Of a stretch of 64,000 nt of DNA, positions 1 to 8,507 are shown in pieces. Under the pieces are notes generated by a model that ran no database searches, was not told the DNA's origin, and was given only the letters and a program-made list of their open reading frames with translations. The stretch comes from Alphaproteobacteria bacterium. GTDB lineage: Bacteria > Pseudomonadota > Alphaproteobacteria > Caulobacterales > Maricaulaceae. The DNA lies in the NCBI GenBank assembly GCA_030428405.1, contig JAUIEH010000001.1, forward strand, positions 5,082-69,081, read 5' to 3'. Numbering within the stretch: position 1 is the first letter of the stretch; each line of letters opens with the position of its first letter. The translations under genes were made by a program, and so were the position numbers.

Positions 1-3000
1 TCGCAAGCCCTGCTGTTCTGCTTCTTCGGAAGCGGCGGAAAGTTCGGGAGCGAGACCCGCAGCGCCGGACTGCCAGAGCGGGTGCGTAACGATGATGGCC
101 TCCTGACCGTTGGAAATGGCCGGTACACCGGCAAACACTGTCTGTTGAAAACCTGGCCTGGCGCCGGCGAGCGTGAGCGCCGCCGTTTCGGCCACGCGCG
201 ACCAAAGGGGCGACGCGAGCGTGATGGCTACATCGGGATCGAGCGCCAGCCGCGCCATGTCGACCGCAAGCCTCCAGTCGAGGAGGCTATGATACGCGAG
301 GTTGCTGTAGCTTCGAAGGCAGTCAGGGCATGACGTGTAACAGGCTTCGGCATGCAGAGCTGCGACGAGGCGCTCATGGAATTCGTGCGGCCCCTGCTCA
401 GCGACCATCCTCTGCAGCTCTTCGGCAACATCGGGCTGGCCCAGATAGGTCGCGTAGCCCGCGCCATTCTCCAGCGTGTCCGAAAGAAATATCTGGCCAA
501 CCACGCCGGCGGCGGGATCGTCATGGCTGCGGATGCCGGCCTTGAGCTCGTATTCCTGGATGTCGAGCAGCACCGAGGCCGCGCGCCGGAGCATGAACGC
601 TAGCGAGTATAGCGCAGCCCGTCCTTGAGGCGTCCTCGGATCGGCCGCGCATCCTTGCCCGTAGCTGCTGATGCCGAGCAGCAGCATGTCGGTCTCGCTT
701 ATGGCGGCGAGGGCGCACGGAATCGGCGCCTGACGAGGCGTCAGATTCGCTTGGGCGCGCCTGCCCAGTGCGGCGGCATGTTTGGTGTCGGCCGCCAGCG
801 CGGCATCGACGTCAATCATGGCATTGGAGTTGTTCCAGACCTGCGCCAGCTGAAACAGCCGGCCGCCATTGTCGTTGATGACGTAGACGCGCGCCGGACC
901 CGCGCCGATGTCGAAGTTGAGGTGGGAGCCCAGCGCAAAGGACGGATTGCCGACTTTGGGCCGGGCAGCTCGCGGGACGAAATCGAACGCGCCGTCATAG
1001 TCGCGCGCTTTGGCGTAGTAGCTCTGGAACCCTTTCGGCTGCCTGAGGTCGACCGGCCGGTATTCCTGCTCGCCTGCCCCTGAAGGCGCACCGCAAACAA
1101 GACAGGACGGAACGTCCGGATTGACAGTCTCGACATGTTGGCAGTTGCCGCACAGCCCGATGCGCACAGAGGGGCCTAGCGGGTTCGGGTCCTCGATGGC
1201 GCGGTTGCCCTGGGGTACGTAGTGTACCACGCCGATGGCCGTGTGGATGGCGCGCTCCTTGACCGTCTCGGCGCCGGGCGCGAACTGGCTAACGGCAAGC
1301 TCCAGGTCGCGATCGACGACCTCTTTTGGAGGCCATCGGCGAGGCTGCCGGTGGTAGAGATTTCTTGAGCGCGTGGGAAACCCGAACATTGGCAGGATGC
1401 CCCGGTTCGCTAGTCGCTCACTGAGGCCGACCTGGATCAGGCCAGGGTCGTCCGTTGCGTCGGTCACCTCCCGAACGAGGCGGCTTTCAATCCAGCGGAT
1501 CGCTTCATTGCGTTCGGCCGGCCTTCCCTCCAAGCGGGTTCCGACCAGGAGCGAGTCGCATACCTGGCCGATCTCGTCCGGATGGCGGTCGATCCACTCC
1601 TGAATAATCTCCGCGACAGTGGCTCCGCCATAGCCGGCTGGCTGCGCGATCGGTGGCTCCGTCCATGCGTCTGCGGGACCGAATTCGCCATGGACGCTGT
1701 TTCCGAGCGCGTCAGGGAACAGCGCGAGCTCGGCGAAAGCCTGACGGAGAATCTCTTTGCTCAGAACACGCTGGAGAATCTGGCGCCGCTCCGTATCGAC
1801 ATAGGGCGGGGGCGGCGGGTCGGCGGTGATCCGCTCCGGGCGCTGGAAGTAGTAGTCGTCGTGGCTGCGCCCGCGGCAAAGAGTCAGCCCGATCGATAGA
1901 GCGGCTCCCCTTCGCCCGGCGCGGCCGACGCGCTGCTGGTAGTTGAATCGCATCGGCGGCATGTTGGCCATCATCACCGCAAGCAGCGATCCGATATCGA
2001 CTCCCGCCTCCATTGTGGTGGTTACGCTCAGGAGATCGAGATTGTCCGTCAGAGCATGCTCGTCTCCGACCGGGATATTCTGGAACAACCGCTGACGGCT
2101 CCGTGCCACGAGCTTATCCGTCTGGCCGGTCATCTCCGCGCAGTTCAGACGGAAGATCGGGCCGGCCTCCGTGGCGAGCCAGCGGTAGTAGTCCATGGGC
2201 TGCTGATCATCGTCTGCCCCGATCTGCCTTGGCTCACCCAAAGGAGCTTCGCATCCGCTGCATATGCCGCCACTTGGATGGAGATGGACGCGCGAGCATC
2301 GCGCGCATTCATAGTATCGTTCCCCGGGCCGTGCGATGAAGAGACGGCTGTACATCAGTATCCCGCCGTCGAAGACACCGGCGCGGCCCAGCAACTCCGC
2401 CACGTCGCGCTCAAGGTCGCCATACTGCGGCCCGCGAGCGGTCGCTACGGCGGAAATATAGTCGCGCGCATATTTTGGCAGCCTGTTGTCGTCGGCGGTC
2501 GCCCTATGTGTGTCGAGCCGCCGGCGCTTGCCGAGCAGCCGGATGCAGCTATCCGCCGCCTCTTGCACGACGTTGTCGGATGCCGGATAGCGCTGCCGGT
2601 CGAAAGTCGCGGTGCCTAGCTTCAGCGACTCGAAATCGCGCCGCCCGCCGGAGAACACCGTTTCGGCATTTGCCTCACGGGCCGCGCTTTCTATCCGTCG
2701 GCGATGGTCGCGCTGATCCGGGGTCAGATCGCTGTCAGGGTAGAAGCCGGGCGGAACTCGGTTCCAGTCTAGCAGCCGCTGCCAGTCACCCTCGCCGGCC
2801 TCAAGGTCGGTCCACATCACGCTCCGATCGACACCTCCGGGGTTCATGCCGGCGGTGAGCAGCCGCCGCTCGGCTTCTGCCTGAAGTGCAGTGACCGGAT
2901 AGATGCCATCGCGGGCTTGAGCCGCGATCTCGTCAGCCAGCTGCTCCATGGTCAGGCCGCCAACAGGCGACGGGGTCGAGCCTAGCGCCGGATTTGCGGC

Positions 3001-5586
3001 AATCACGGAAATGGCGCCTGCTTCCTGGGGGCGCGACGCGGCAAACCGGTCAGCAAGCGCGGCCTCATCCGCAGGAAGGTCGTCGCCCCGGACGCGCCGC
3101 TGAAAAGCAATGATCGCGCGCCCTTCTTCCGCCATCGCTTCGACTAGCGCTTGGCGAAGGGCGTCGAGCCAATGTGATTTGGCGACGCCGACGGCGAGCT
3201 TGGCGGCGTCCTGCCGGCTATCCGAGAACAGCACGAGCTTGCGCCGTGCATCTTCGGTGTTTGCACCAGGTGTTGCCGGCGCGATCTCGCGGAGAAGCGA
3301 GTCGGACAGGACCTGTGCGATCTTCTGAAAGCCGGTGCGCTGCGTGCGGATTGGCGCAGCATTGGTCATCCTGCTCCAGTTGGCCTCGCAATGCGGGCAC
3401 AGGGCAGGCCTCTCGTTGCGCGCAGACTCGACGGCAGCCCGATCCGGCACAGGGTAACGATGCAGGTCGGGAACATAGTAGATCCATCCGGTCGCGTCTT
3501 GCGTACGGCGCGCCAGTTGGATTTCTCCCGAGCGGTGGTCGAATTGCGCCCGGCGCCATTGCCGCCCGACCCCGTCCTGCGTCCATTGGTTTCTTTGCGG
3601 GTCTAGCAGACGTCCATCGGGCAGACGCGCGGGCCAGTAGACCGCGTAGTTGTCATATTCCCGGTCATTGGCGGTGTGGTCGGGCGCGTTCTCGATATTC
3701 GGATCGTCCGGCACCAGGGACCACACGCCCGAGCGCGTCTCCCGGCGGTAGCCGCCGAGAAACACGTCTCCGCACGGCTCGCAATAGAGCATTTCTAGGG
3801 CGCGCGAGCCGCAGCGGCAGGTCGTGACTGGCCGGTTGAACAGCTGTCCGACGAGAACCTCTTGGCTGATGCGGTTAGCCTCGCTGCAGCCCGGATTACT
3901 GCATGCCCACACGCCCTGGACGTTGCGGAAGAAGATGTGCGCGCGCAGGGGGAGCAAGGGCGCTCCGCTGTCCGAATGCGCCGACGACAGGGCAGCGACA
4001 AGTGCGTGTGCGCCGGCGGTGGCGCTGTCTTCCGGGACATCGGGAAACAGCGCTACGCCAATCGCTGAAGGCGCGTGCGGAACAATCGTCGGCTGCTCGT
4101 CCGAGCTGCCGTTGCACACCGATCTGATGGCCTCCGGCGCGCGGATCGCTGTTAGCGCCGCGCCGAGGCGGCGCTCCGCCGGCAATGCGCCGTCTGGTGC
4201 CGCGATGCCCGCCTGTTCCGCGAAGCGGTCCACCGCCGTGTTGAGGTCCTCGGGAGGATCGACGACGAGCGCGCCGCCGAGTTCGGTGAGCGGCGCCGCA
4301 AGGTTTCGGACCGATCCCTCCGCTCCATGCGGAAGCGGCAGGGCGCCGCCGCGCACTAGGGCGAACGGCGTCGAACGGCCGAAGAACTGCCTCAGATAAT
4401 CTTGGGCTCGCTCCTCGTCTTCTCCGAGCGAGGCGCTAGATGCGAAAATGCGCAGCTGTGGGTGATTGGGATGGAGACCGAGCCGTGCGAACAGAACGCG
4501 AAGTATATAGCCGACTTCCGTGCCCGGCGTGCCCCGGTAGCTATGCAGCTCGTCCACGACGAGTTGGAAGACATGGTTCGGATCGGCTTCAAGCCAGCGG
4601 CGCGTCGAGTCGAAGATCGGCGATTCTACATCGCGCATCAGCATGATGTTCAGCATGCTGTAATTAGTGATGAGTACGTCCGGCGGCGCGTCCTGCATGT
4701 CCCACCGGCTCCACATCTCGCCGCCATCCATCCGCTGAAAGAAGCGCTCAGCGCTCGTTCCGCGCACGGCGTCCGCGAGTTCAGCAAGCCGTCTCAACTC
4801 GTCCCTCAGGTTCGCTTCTTTGCTAGTGCTGTCGGGACGACCGGCGATAGGCGTCCAGCCCGTGTAGCGGCCGAACCAGAAGCGGTTGCCAGGACGGTGG
4901 GTGCCGAGCCAGGCCCGAGCCTCGTTGCCATCAAGAGCCTTGCGCAGCCGTGCCATCTGATCCTCAGCGAGCGCGTTAAGCGGGTAGAGCACGAGCGCGC
5001 GGACCGCCGGCAGTCGACCACCCGCCTCATGCGCCCTCTGGGAGATGCGCGGATGGTGGACTCGCCGCCCCGAACCACGGGGCGGGTCCATCGCCCACCA
5101 GTCATTGCGCGGCGCAGCAGGCAATGCGGGCCAATGGGCTGACTCGCGTGCCAGCGCCGCGAGGATTGGCAGGTAGATTGCTTCGGTCTTGCCCGAGCCC
5201 GTACCGGTCAGAATGACTGTGTCACGCTGATCGGCGACGGAGATGCCGAGCATTTCGAACTGATGGGCGTAGAGTTCGAGTGGCGGGCGGTCCGGATCGG
5301 GAAGAAACAGGCCGCTCTCTGCAAATCCGGAGAAGTCCTCAAGCAGCTGGGTTGTCCAGCCATCGGCGTTGCCGAGCGCTGCAGGTATCGCCTGGCTGAT
5401 GTCATGTCCGCTTCCGGCATAGGGCGGCTGCGGCTCGATGAGCGGCTCGCGGTACAGTACGCCGTCCCGGTCGAGATTGCGCCGGCGCTCCTCGACGAGT
5501 TCCTCGAACCGGAGGTCGAAGGGGCTGTCGAAGTAGCGCAGATATGTTTGCGTGAGACCGTCGAAGGCCCGGATGGCGTTGGTCAT
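1..5586 (-). CDS. druE: Very large SF2 (DEAD/DEAH) helicase fused to a C-terminal DUF1998/MrfA-type zinc-binding domain; DruE-like. 5'-complete; the 3' end runs off the window (1862 codons open to position 1).
   Basis: Absent from the ORF track because it has no in-window stop; translated by hand in the minus frame from ATG 5586. The frame was re-checked at about 3369 and 1152. N-terminus is MTNAIRAFDGLTQTYLRYFDSPFDLRFEEL. Motif I is VILTGTGSGKTEA (about 5188-5208), motif II VVDELH (about 4543-4557) and motif VI QQRVGRAGRRG (about 1905-1940). The DUF1998-type tail is CYTSCPDCLRSYSNLAYHSLLDW (about 290-345). The ATG overlaps the upstream stop (ATGA at 5583-5586). All + strand ORFs listed in this span are short, Arg/Ala-rich shadows. 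Confidence 0.85.
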   Translation of the reverse strand, partial: MTNAIRAFDGLTQTYLRYFDSPFDLRFEELVEERRRNLDRDGVLYREPLIEPQPPYAGSGHDISQAIPAALGNADGWTTQLLEDFSGFAESGLFLPDPDRPPLELYAHQFEMLGISVADQRDTVILTGTGSGKTEAIYLPILAALARESAHWPALPAAPRNDWWAMDPPRGSGRRVHHPRISQRAHEAGGRLPAVRALVLYPLNALAEDQMARLRKALDGNEARAWLGTHRPGNRFWFGRYTGWTPIAGRPDSTSKEANLRDELRRLAELADAVRGTSAERFFQRMDGGEMWSRWDMQDAPPDVLITNYSMLNIMLMRDVESPIFDSTRRWLEADPNHVFQLVVDELHSYRGTPGTEVGYILRVLFARLGLHPNHPQLRIFASSASLGEDEERAQDYLRQFFGRSTPFALVRGGALPLPHGAEGSVRNLAAPLTELGGALVVDPPEDLNTAVDRFAEQAGIAAPDGALPAERRLGAALTAIRAPEAIRSVCNGSSDEQPTIVPHAPSAIGVALFPDVPEDSATAGAHALVAALSSAHSDSGAPLLPLRAHIFFRNVQGVWACSNPGCSEANRISQEVLVGQLFNRPVTTCRCGSRALEMLYCEPCGDVFLGGYRRETRSGVWSLVPDDPNIENAPDHTANDREYDNYAVYWPARLPDGRLLDPQRNQWTQDGVGRQWRRAQFDHRSGEIQLARRTQDATGWIYYVPDLHRYPVPDRAAVESARNERPALCPHCEANWSRMTNAAPIRTQRTGFQKIAQVLSDSLLREIAPATPGANTEDARRKLVLFSDSRQDAAKLAVGVAKSHWLDALRQALVEAMAEEGRAIIAFQRRVRGDDLPADEAALADRFAASRPQEAGAISVIAANPALGSTPSPVGGLTMEQLADEIAAQARDGIYPVTALQAEAERRLLTAGMNPGGVDRSVMWTDLEAGEGDWQRLLDWNRVPPGFYPDSDLTPDQRDHRRRIESAAREANAETVFSGGRRDFESLKLGTATFDRQRYPASDNVVQEAADSCIRLLGKRRRLDTHRATADDNRLPKYARDYISAVATARGPQYGDLERDVAELLGRAGVFDGGILMYSRLFIARPGERYYECARCSRVHLHPSGGICSGCEAPLGEPRQIGADDDQQPMDYYRWLATEAGPIFRLNCAEMTGQTDKLVARSRQRLFQNIPVGDEHALTDNLDLLSVTTTMEAGVDIGSLLAVMMANMPPMRFNYQQRVGRAGRRGAALSIGLTLCRGRSHDDYYFQRPERITADPPPPPYVDTERRQILQRVLSKEILRQAFAELALFPDALGNSVHGEFGPADAWTEPPIAQPAGYGGATVAEIIQEWIDRHPDEIGQVCDSLLVGTRLEGRPAERNEAIRWIESRLVREVTDATDDPGLIQVGLSERLANRGILPMFGFPTRSRNLYHRQPRRWPPKEVVDRDLELAVSQFAPGAETVKERAIHTAIGVVHYVPQGNRAIEDPNPLGPSVRIGLCGNCQHVETVNPDVPSCLVCGAPSGAGEQEYRPVDLRQPKGFQSYYAKARDYDGAFDFVPRAARPKVGNPSFALGSHLNFDIGAGPARVYVINDNGGRLFQLAQVWNNSNAMIDVDAALAADTKHAAALGRRAQANLTPRQAPIPCALAAISETDMLLLGISSYGQGCAADPRTPQGRAALYSLAFMLRRAASVLLDIQEYELKAGIRSHDDPAAGVVGQIFLSDTLENGAGYATYLGQPDVAEELQRMVAEQGPHEFHERLVAALHAEACYTSCPDCLRSYSNLAYHSLLDWRLAVDMARLALDPDVAITLASPLWSRVAETAALTLAGARPGFQQTVFAGVPAISNGQEAIIVTHPLWQSGAAGLAPELSAASEEAEQQGLR

Positions 5587-6455
5587 GCGGGTTTGAGCCC
5601 CGTAATGGCCAGCAGCATCTGCGTGATACGCACCGGCACGTTTTGAAAAACTAGCTCCCGGCTATCCGTATCAGTTTCGGGCAGCTTTCCCGAGCATAGA
5701 ACAAGTGCGCGCGCGATCAGTGCCGGTGGATAGAGCGCCCACGGCATGCGCAGACTGCGCGACGCGATATCCCAGCGGACGACCTTCGCCCGTTCGGCAG
5801 CAGCAAGCCTGCCAGCTCTTGGTTCTATCTGCGCCTGGCTGTTGGCGCCCTGCTTCAGAAGATGGACGTGGTCCCAATCGCGCTGGATGCGGAAGAAGCC
5901 GCGCCGCGCCTGCGCCGCCTCTTCGAGGGACGATGCGATCCAAGTCAGCTGGGATCGGGAGAACCGGCTAACCTCGCCGACCCGGCCAGCCACCATCGGG
6001 CATTCCGTTCGCGGCCAGTCCCGAATTTTTGGCAGACATGCCAGCAGCGTGAAGGCAGCATCGCGCTGAAAGGGAATCTTCGCTTCCGCCGCGGCGGCCA
6101 TGAGGTCCGCGTCGCAGGTTCCGATGACCGCGTACACCGATGGACGAGCTACCTGGCACTGTTCAATACAATCGGTGTCCGTGCGTGCGCAGGCAGATTC
6201 CAGCCGCTGTAGCAGTCTCGGCGACCGCGCCCCGCAGAGTACAGCCTTGCACGCACCGGTCTCCTCGCTCTCCGTCATCGCCAGAACCGGTGGCGCTATG
6301 CGCCAGCTCCCGTTGGGCTCTATTTCGGCGTGACCGAGAGCGGAGAAGTCTCTCAGAATCCGCAGTGGCCGTTCATCCGCGACGATTTCGCGCGGAAGGT
6401 CGCCGTCGCGGCCCGAGACGCGAAATGACATCCATTCGAGTAGGATGTCCGTCAT
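5583..6455 (-). CDS. Hypothetical 290-aa protein with no recognisable domain; occupies the DruG position of a Druantia type II-like operon
   Basis: Track ORF 5583..6638. I prefer the internal ATG at 6455 (MTDILLEWMSFRVSG...) because it forms an ATGA overlap with the stop of the upstream gene (6452-6455). Its own stop overlaps the druE-like ATG in the same way. Confidence 0.6.
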   Translation of the reverse strand: MTDILLEWMSFRVSGRDGDLPREIVADERPLRILRDFSALGHAEIEPNGSWRIAPPVLAMTESEETGACKAVLCGARSPRLLQRLESACARTDTDCIEQCQVARPSVYAVIGTCDADLMAAAAEAKIPFQRDAAFTLLACLPKIRDWPRTECPMVAGRVGEVSRFSRSQLTWIASSLEEAAQARRGFFRIQRDWDHVHLLKQGANSQAQIEPRAGRLAAAERAKVVRWDIASRSLRMPWALYPPALIARALVLCSGKLPETDTDSRELVFQNVPVRITQMLLAITGLKPA

Positions 6456-8491
6456 ACCCGCCCCCTCCAAACGCGGCGCGCTGCGTCCTTTGCTGACCGC
6501 CAGGCAGCCCTCGCAGCCTCGGTGTCCGGGCGAATAGGAAGTCGGCGTGTTGCGGCTGACCGGACCGACCTGGCCCAATCCTGATCCGGTGCATTTTTCG
6601 TCCGGGGGCGATCTGCGCTTGTCCCACGGCCGAGCCATAGGACTTTGCCCTGGCCGCGGCGAAGCCCCTTAGACAGGACAAGGAAAGCTGGCCGAAAAGG
6701 CAGGATGCCGATAGCGGCTGGCGCATCCGTGCGGCGGATCAGGGCTTGGATATTGGCCCGTGCCCCAAGCGCCAGCGCGCTCCAACTTGAGTCCCATGCG
6801 ACCACCATGCGCCCAGCGTTGGTGAAGATACGGGCACCGCAGATAGCAGTCCCTGCCCAGGGGGCGCTGTTACCCGATGGTTCGCGCTCAGGATGAGCAT
6901 CCCACGTTTCCCAGCCATCTGCGCCCCCCGGATCAGCGAGGACGGAATAGGTCAATGACGGCCCTGGCACGACGTCGACGAGATGGCTTCCGGGCGTATC
7001 TGAGCCCGGCGCCGTCCAGCTGCCGTCGCTTTGCTGCGTCGCTCGCTGACTGCCGATCTCGACCTCGCAGCCGGCAGGAAGAGGTTCGATCAGGATTTTT
7101 GGAACGTGCCCTTCCGCATACGTATTGCCCCGGACGGCAAGTCCGCCAATGAGCCGAATTTCAGTTGCCACGCCAGGATCAAGGGGCCGCAGGTAGTCCT
7201 CGAGTTGGCGCTCGGGCGAATGTCTGGGGGTGTAGCCCGTGAGTACCGCCCATCCTGCCGGAATGCCTATCCACCCCTGTATTACTTCGGGAAGCGGTGA
7301 TCCTGTGGACGCCGCTGTCTCAAGCACGGCTGGAGTGTCTTCCTCGCGGCAGATGATGGAGTGTTCAACTCGTGAGCTGGCCGCCGGAACGGAGAGCAGG
7401 TCGGGCTCACCTGCTTCGTTCGCAAAAAGATGGATGGAGCGGGCGCTACGGAGCCATTGTAGCTGCTGCGACGGATCGGTGAGCCGGATCTCGGTAGCGA
7501 GAATGTCGGGCGTCCAATCGATATCGACGTCGTCATACCGGATGTCGTCGAACGCACGTACCGGCTCATCGCAAATGCCATCCAGCTCGATCCGTTCAGG
7601 AAGCCCTTCAGGTCGTGAGAGGACGATTGACAGGCGGATCGATTTGCGGTTCGCGTCGATCGCCAACCGAAGCCTTGCTTCGGATTTGCGCAGAGTAGAG
7701 GCGGAAGCCTGACCAGTGGGCGTGCTTTCGGCCGCATTCGCAGTAGCAGCTCTGCGCGCGCCGCGGCGGTCTTTGTGCCGAGCGGGCCGGCGCGGTGGCG
7801 CAGATGGCGGCGGATGCGAGACCGGCGCTCCGCTCGCAGCATCTGAGGATGCTGGCAGCGGCTTGGCGGCGGGCGCATCGCTGGCCGCGTCGACACTCCG
7901 AACGGGCTCGACAGTTGATCGGGTCGCGCGGGAGGACTCACCTGAAGGGGGATGAAGTTGCTCGACTTCTGCCACCGGTGCCCGGGATTCTTCCAACGGC
8001 TTATTGTCAGGCTCGGTGCAATCGCATGTCCGCTCGTCTGCGCCGTCGTTGCAGGTCGGAGGCTCCTCGGGGGTGGCTTCCGCCGCGGTTTGTGGCAGTG
8101 GCTCCTCAAGAAGTGGAGACGCAGGGCCGTCTGCGCGATGATCTAGTGCCTCGCCGCGTTGCTGCTCAACTGCAGATGCGTCCTTTGGGCTTTGCACCGG
8201 CGCGTCTGGAGGTGCTCCTCGGGACCGAGACGGTCCGCTGGCTGGCGGCTTTTCTGGCAAGGTGGAGGGTGATTTGGCGCTGGCGACTTCCCTCGGCACC
8301 GCCGGCTCTGACCTCGCCTTCTCGATCGGGCCGGAAATCTCAGCTGGCGCGTCCGCCTGCTCCGGAAGGGGCTTCGCGGCGGTCTCGCGAGGCTTTCGAT
8401 TCTGGCGCCGCCAATGAACCGCCAGATCAGCCCCTGCGGCTCTCGCTGCTCCTAAAACGGAAAGAACGAAACGGAGCGCGCCAGACAGCAT
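6452..8491 (-). CDS. Hypothetical 679-aa protein. Hydrophobic N-terminus, then a Pro/Ala/Ser/Glu-rich low-complexity region of about 270 aa, then a C-terminal part of about 400 aa that looks globular. Occupies the DruF position.
   Basis: Long ORF in the track. It starts 16 nt downstream of the methyltransferase stop and is coupled to the next gene by ATGA. I recognise no catalytic motif. Confidence 0.65.
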   Translation of the reverse strand: MLSGALRFVLSVLGAARAAGADLAVHWRRQNRKPRETAAKPLPEQADAPAEISGPIEKARSEPAVPREVASAKSPSTLPEKPPASGPSRSRGAPPDAPVQSPKDASAVEQQRGEALDHRADGPASPLLEEPLPQTAAEATPEEPPTCNDGADERTCDCTEPDNKPLEESRAPVAEVEQLHPPSGESSRATRSTVEPVRSVDAASDAPAAKPLPASSDAASGAPVSHPPPSAPPRRPARHKDRRGARRAATANAAESTPTGQASASTLRKSEARLRLAIDANRKSIRLSIVLSRPEGLPERIELDGICDEPVRAFDDIRYDDVDIDWTPDILATEIRLTDPSQQLQWLRSARSIHLFANEAGEPDLLSVPAASSRVEHSIICREEDTPAVLETAASTGSPLPEVIQGWIGIPAGWAVLTGYTPRHSPERQLEDYLRPLDPGVATEIRLIGGLAVRGNTYAEGHVPKILIEPLPAGCEVEIGSQRATQQSDGSWTAPGSDTPGSHLVDVVPGPSLTYSVLADPGGADGWETWDAHPEREPSGNSAPWAGTAICGARIFTNAGRMVVAWDSSWSALALGARANIQALIRRTDAPAAIGILPFRPAFLVLSKGLRRGQGKVLWLGRGTSADRPRTKNAPDQDWARSVRSAATRRLPIRPDTEAARAAWRSAKDAARRVWRGRV

Positions 8492-8507
8492 AGAGAATCG
8501 CTCTTCG

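Noticed and set aside
82-5142. Many + strand and out-of-frame minus-strand ORFs of 60-250 aa listed in the track across 82-5142, for example 2056..2619, 3174..3827 and 4402..5142
   Set aside because: They are Arg/Ala/Pro/Ser-rich and carry no motifs. They all lie inside a single uninterrupted minus-frame reading frame (5586 down to 1) that has clear helicase and DUF1998 motifs. They are typical high-GC shadow ORFs.
5586-6638. The N-terminal 61-codon extension of track ORF 5583..6638, and other upstream extensions: 10176-10370, 13472-14011, 26928-27023, 27164-28354, 40299-40406, 44909-45070, 48478-48720 and 62519-62833
   Set aside because: The extensions overlap the upstream gene or a regulatory site, have implausible composition, and lack an RBS. 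In each case an internal start gives ATGA/GTGA coupling, a good Shine-Dalgarno sequence, or the family-typical N-terminus or signal peptide.
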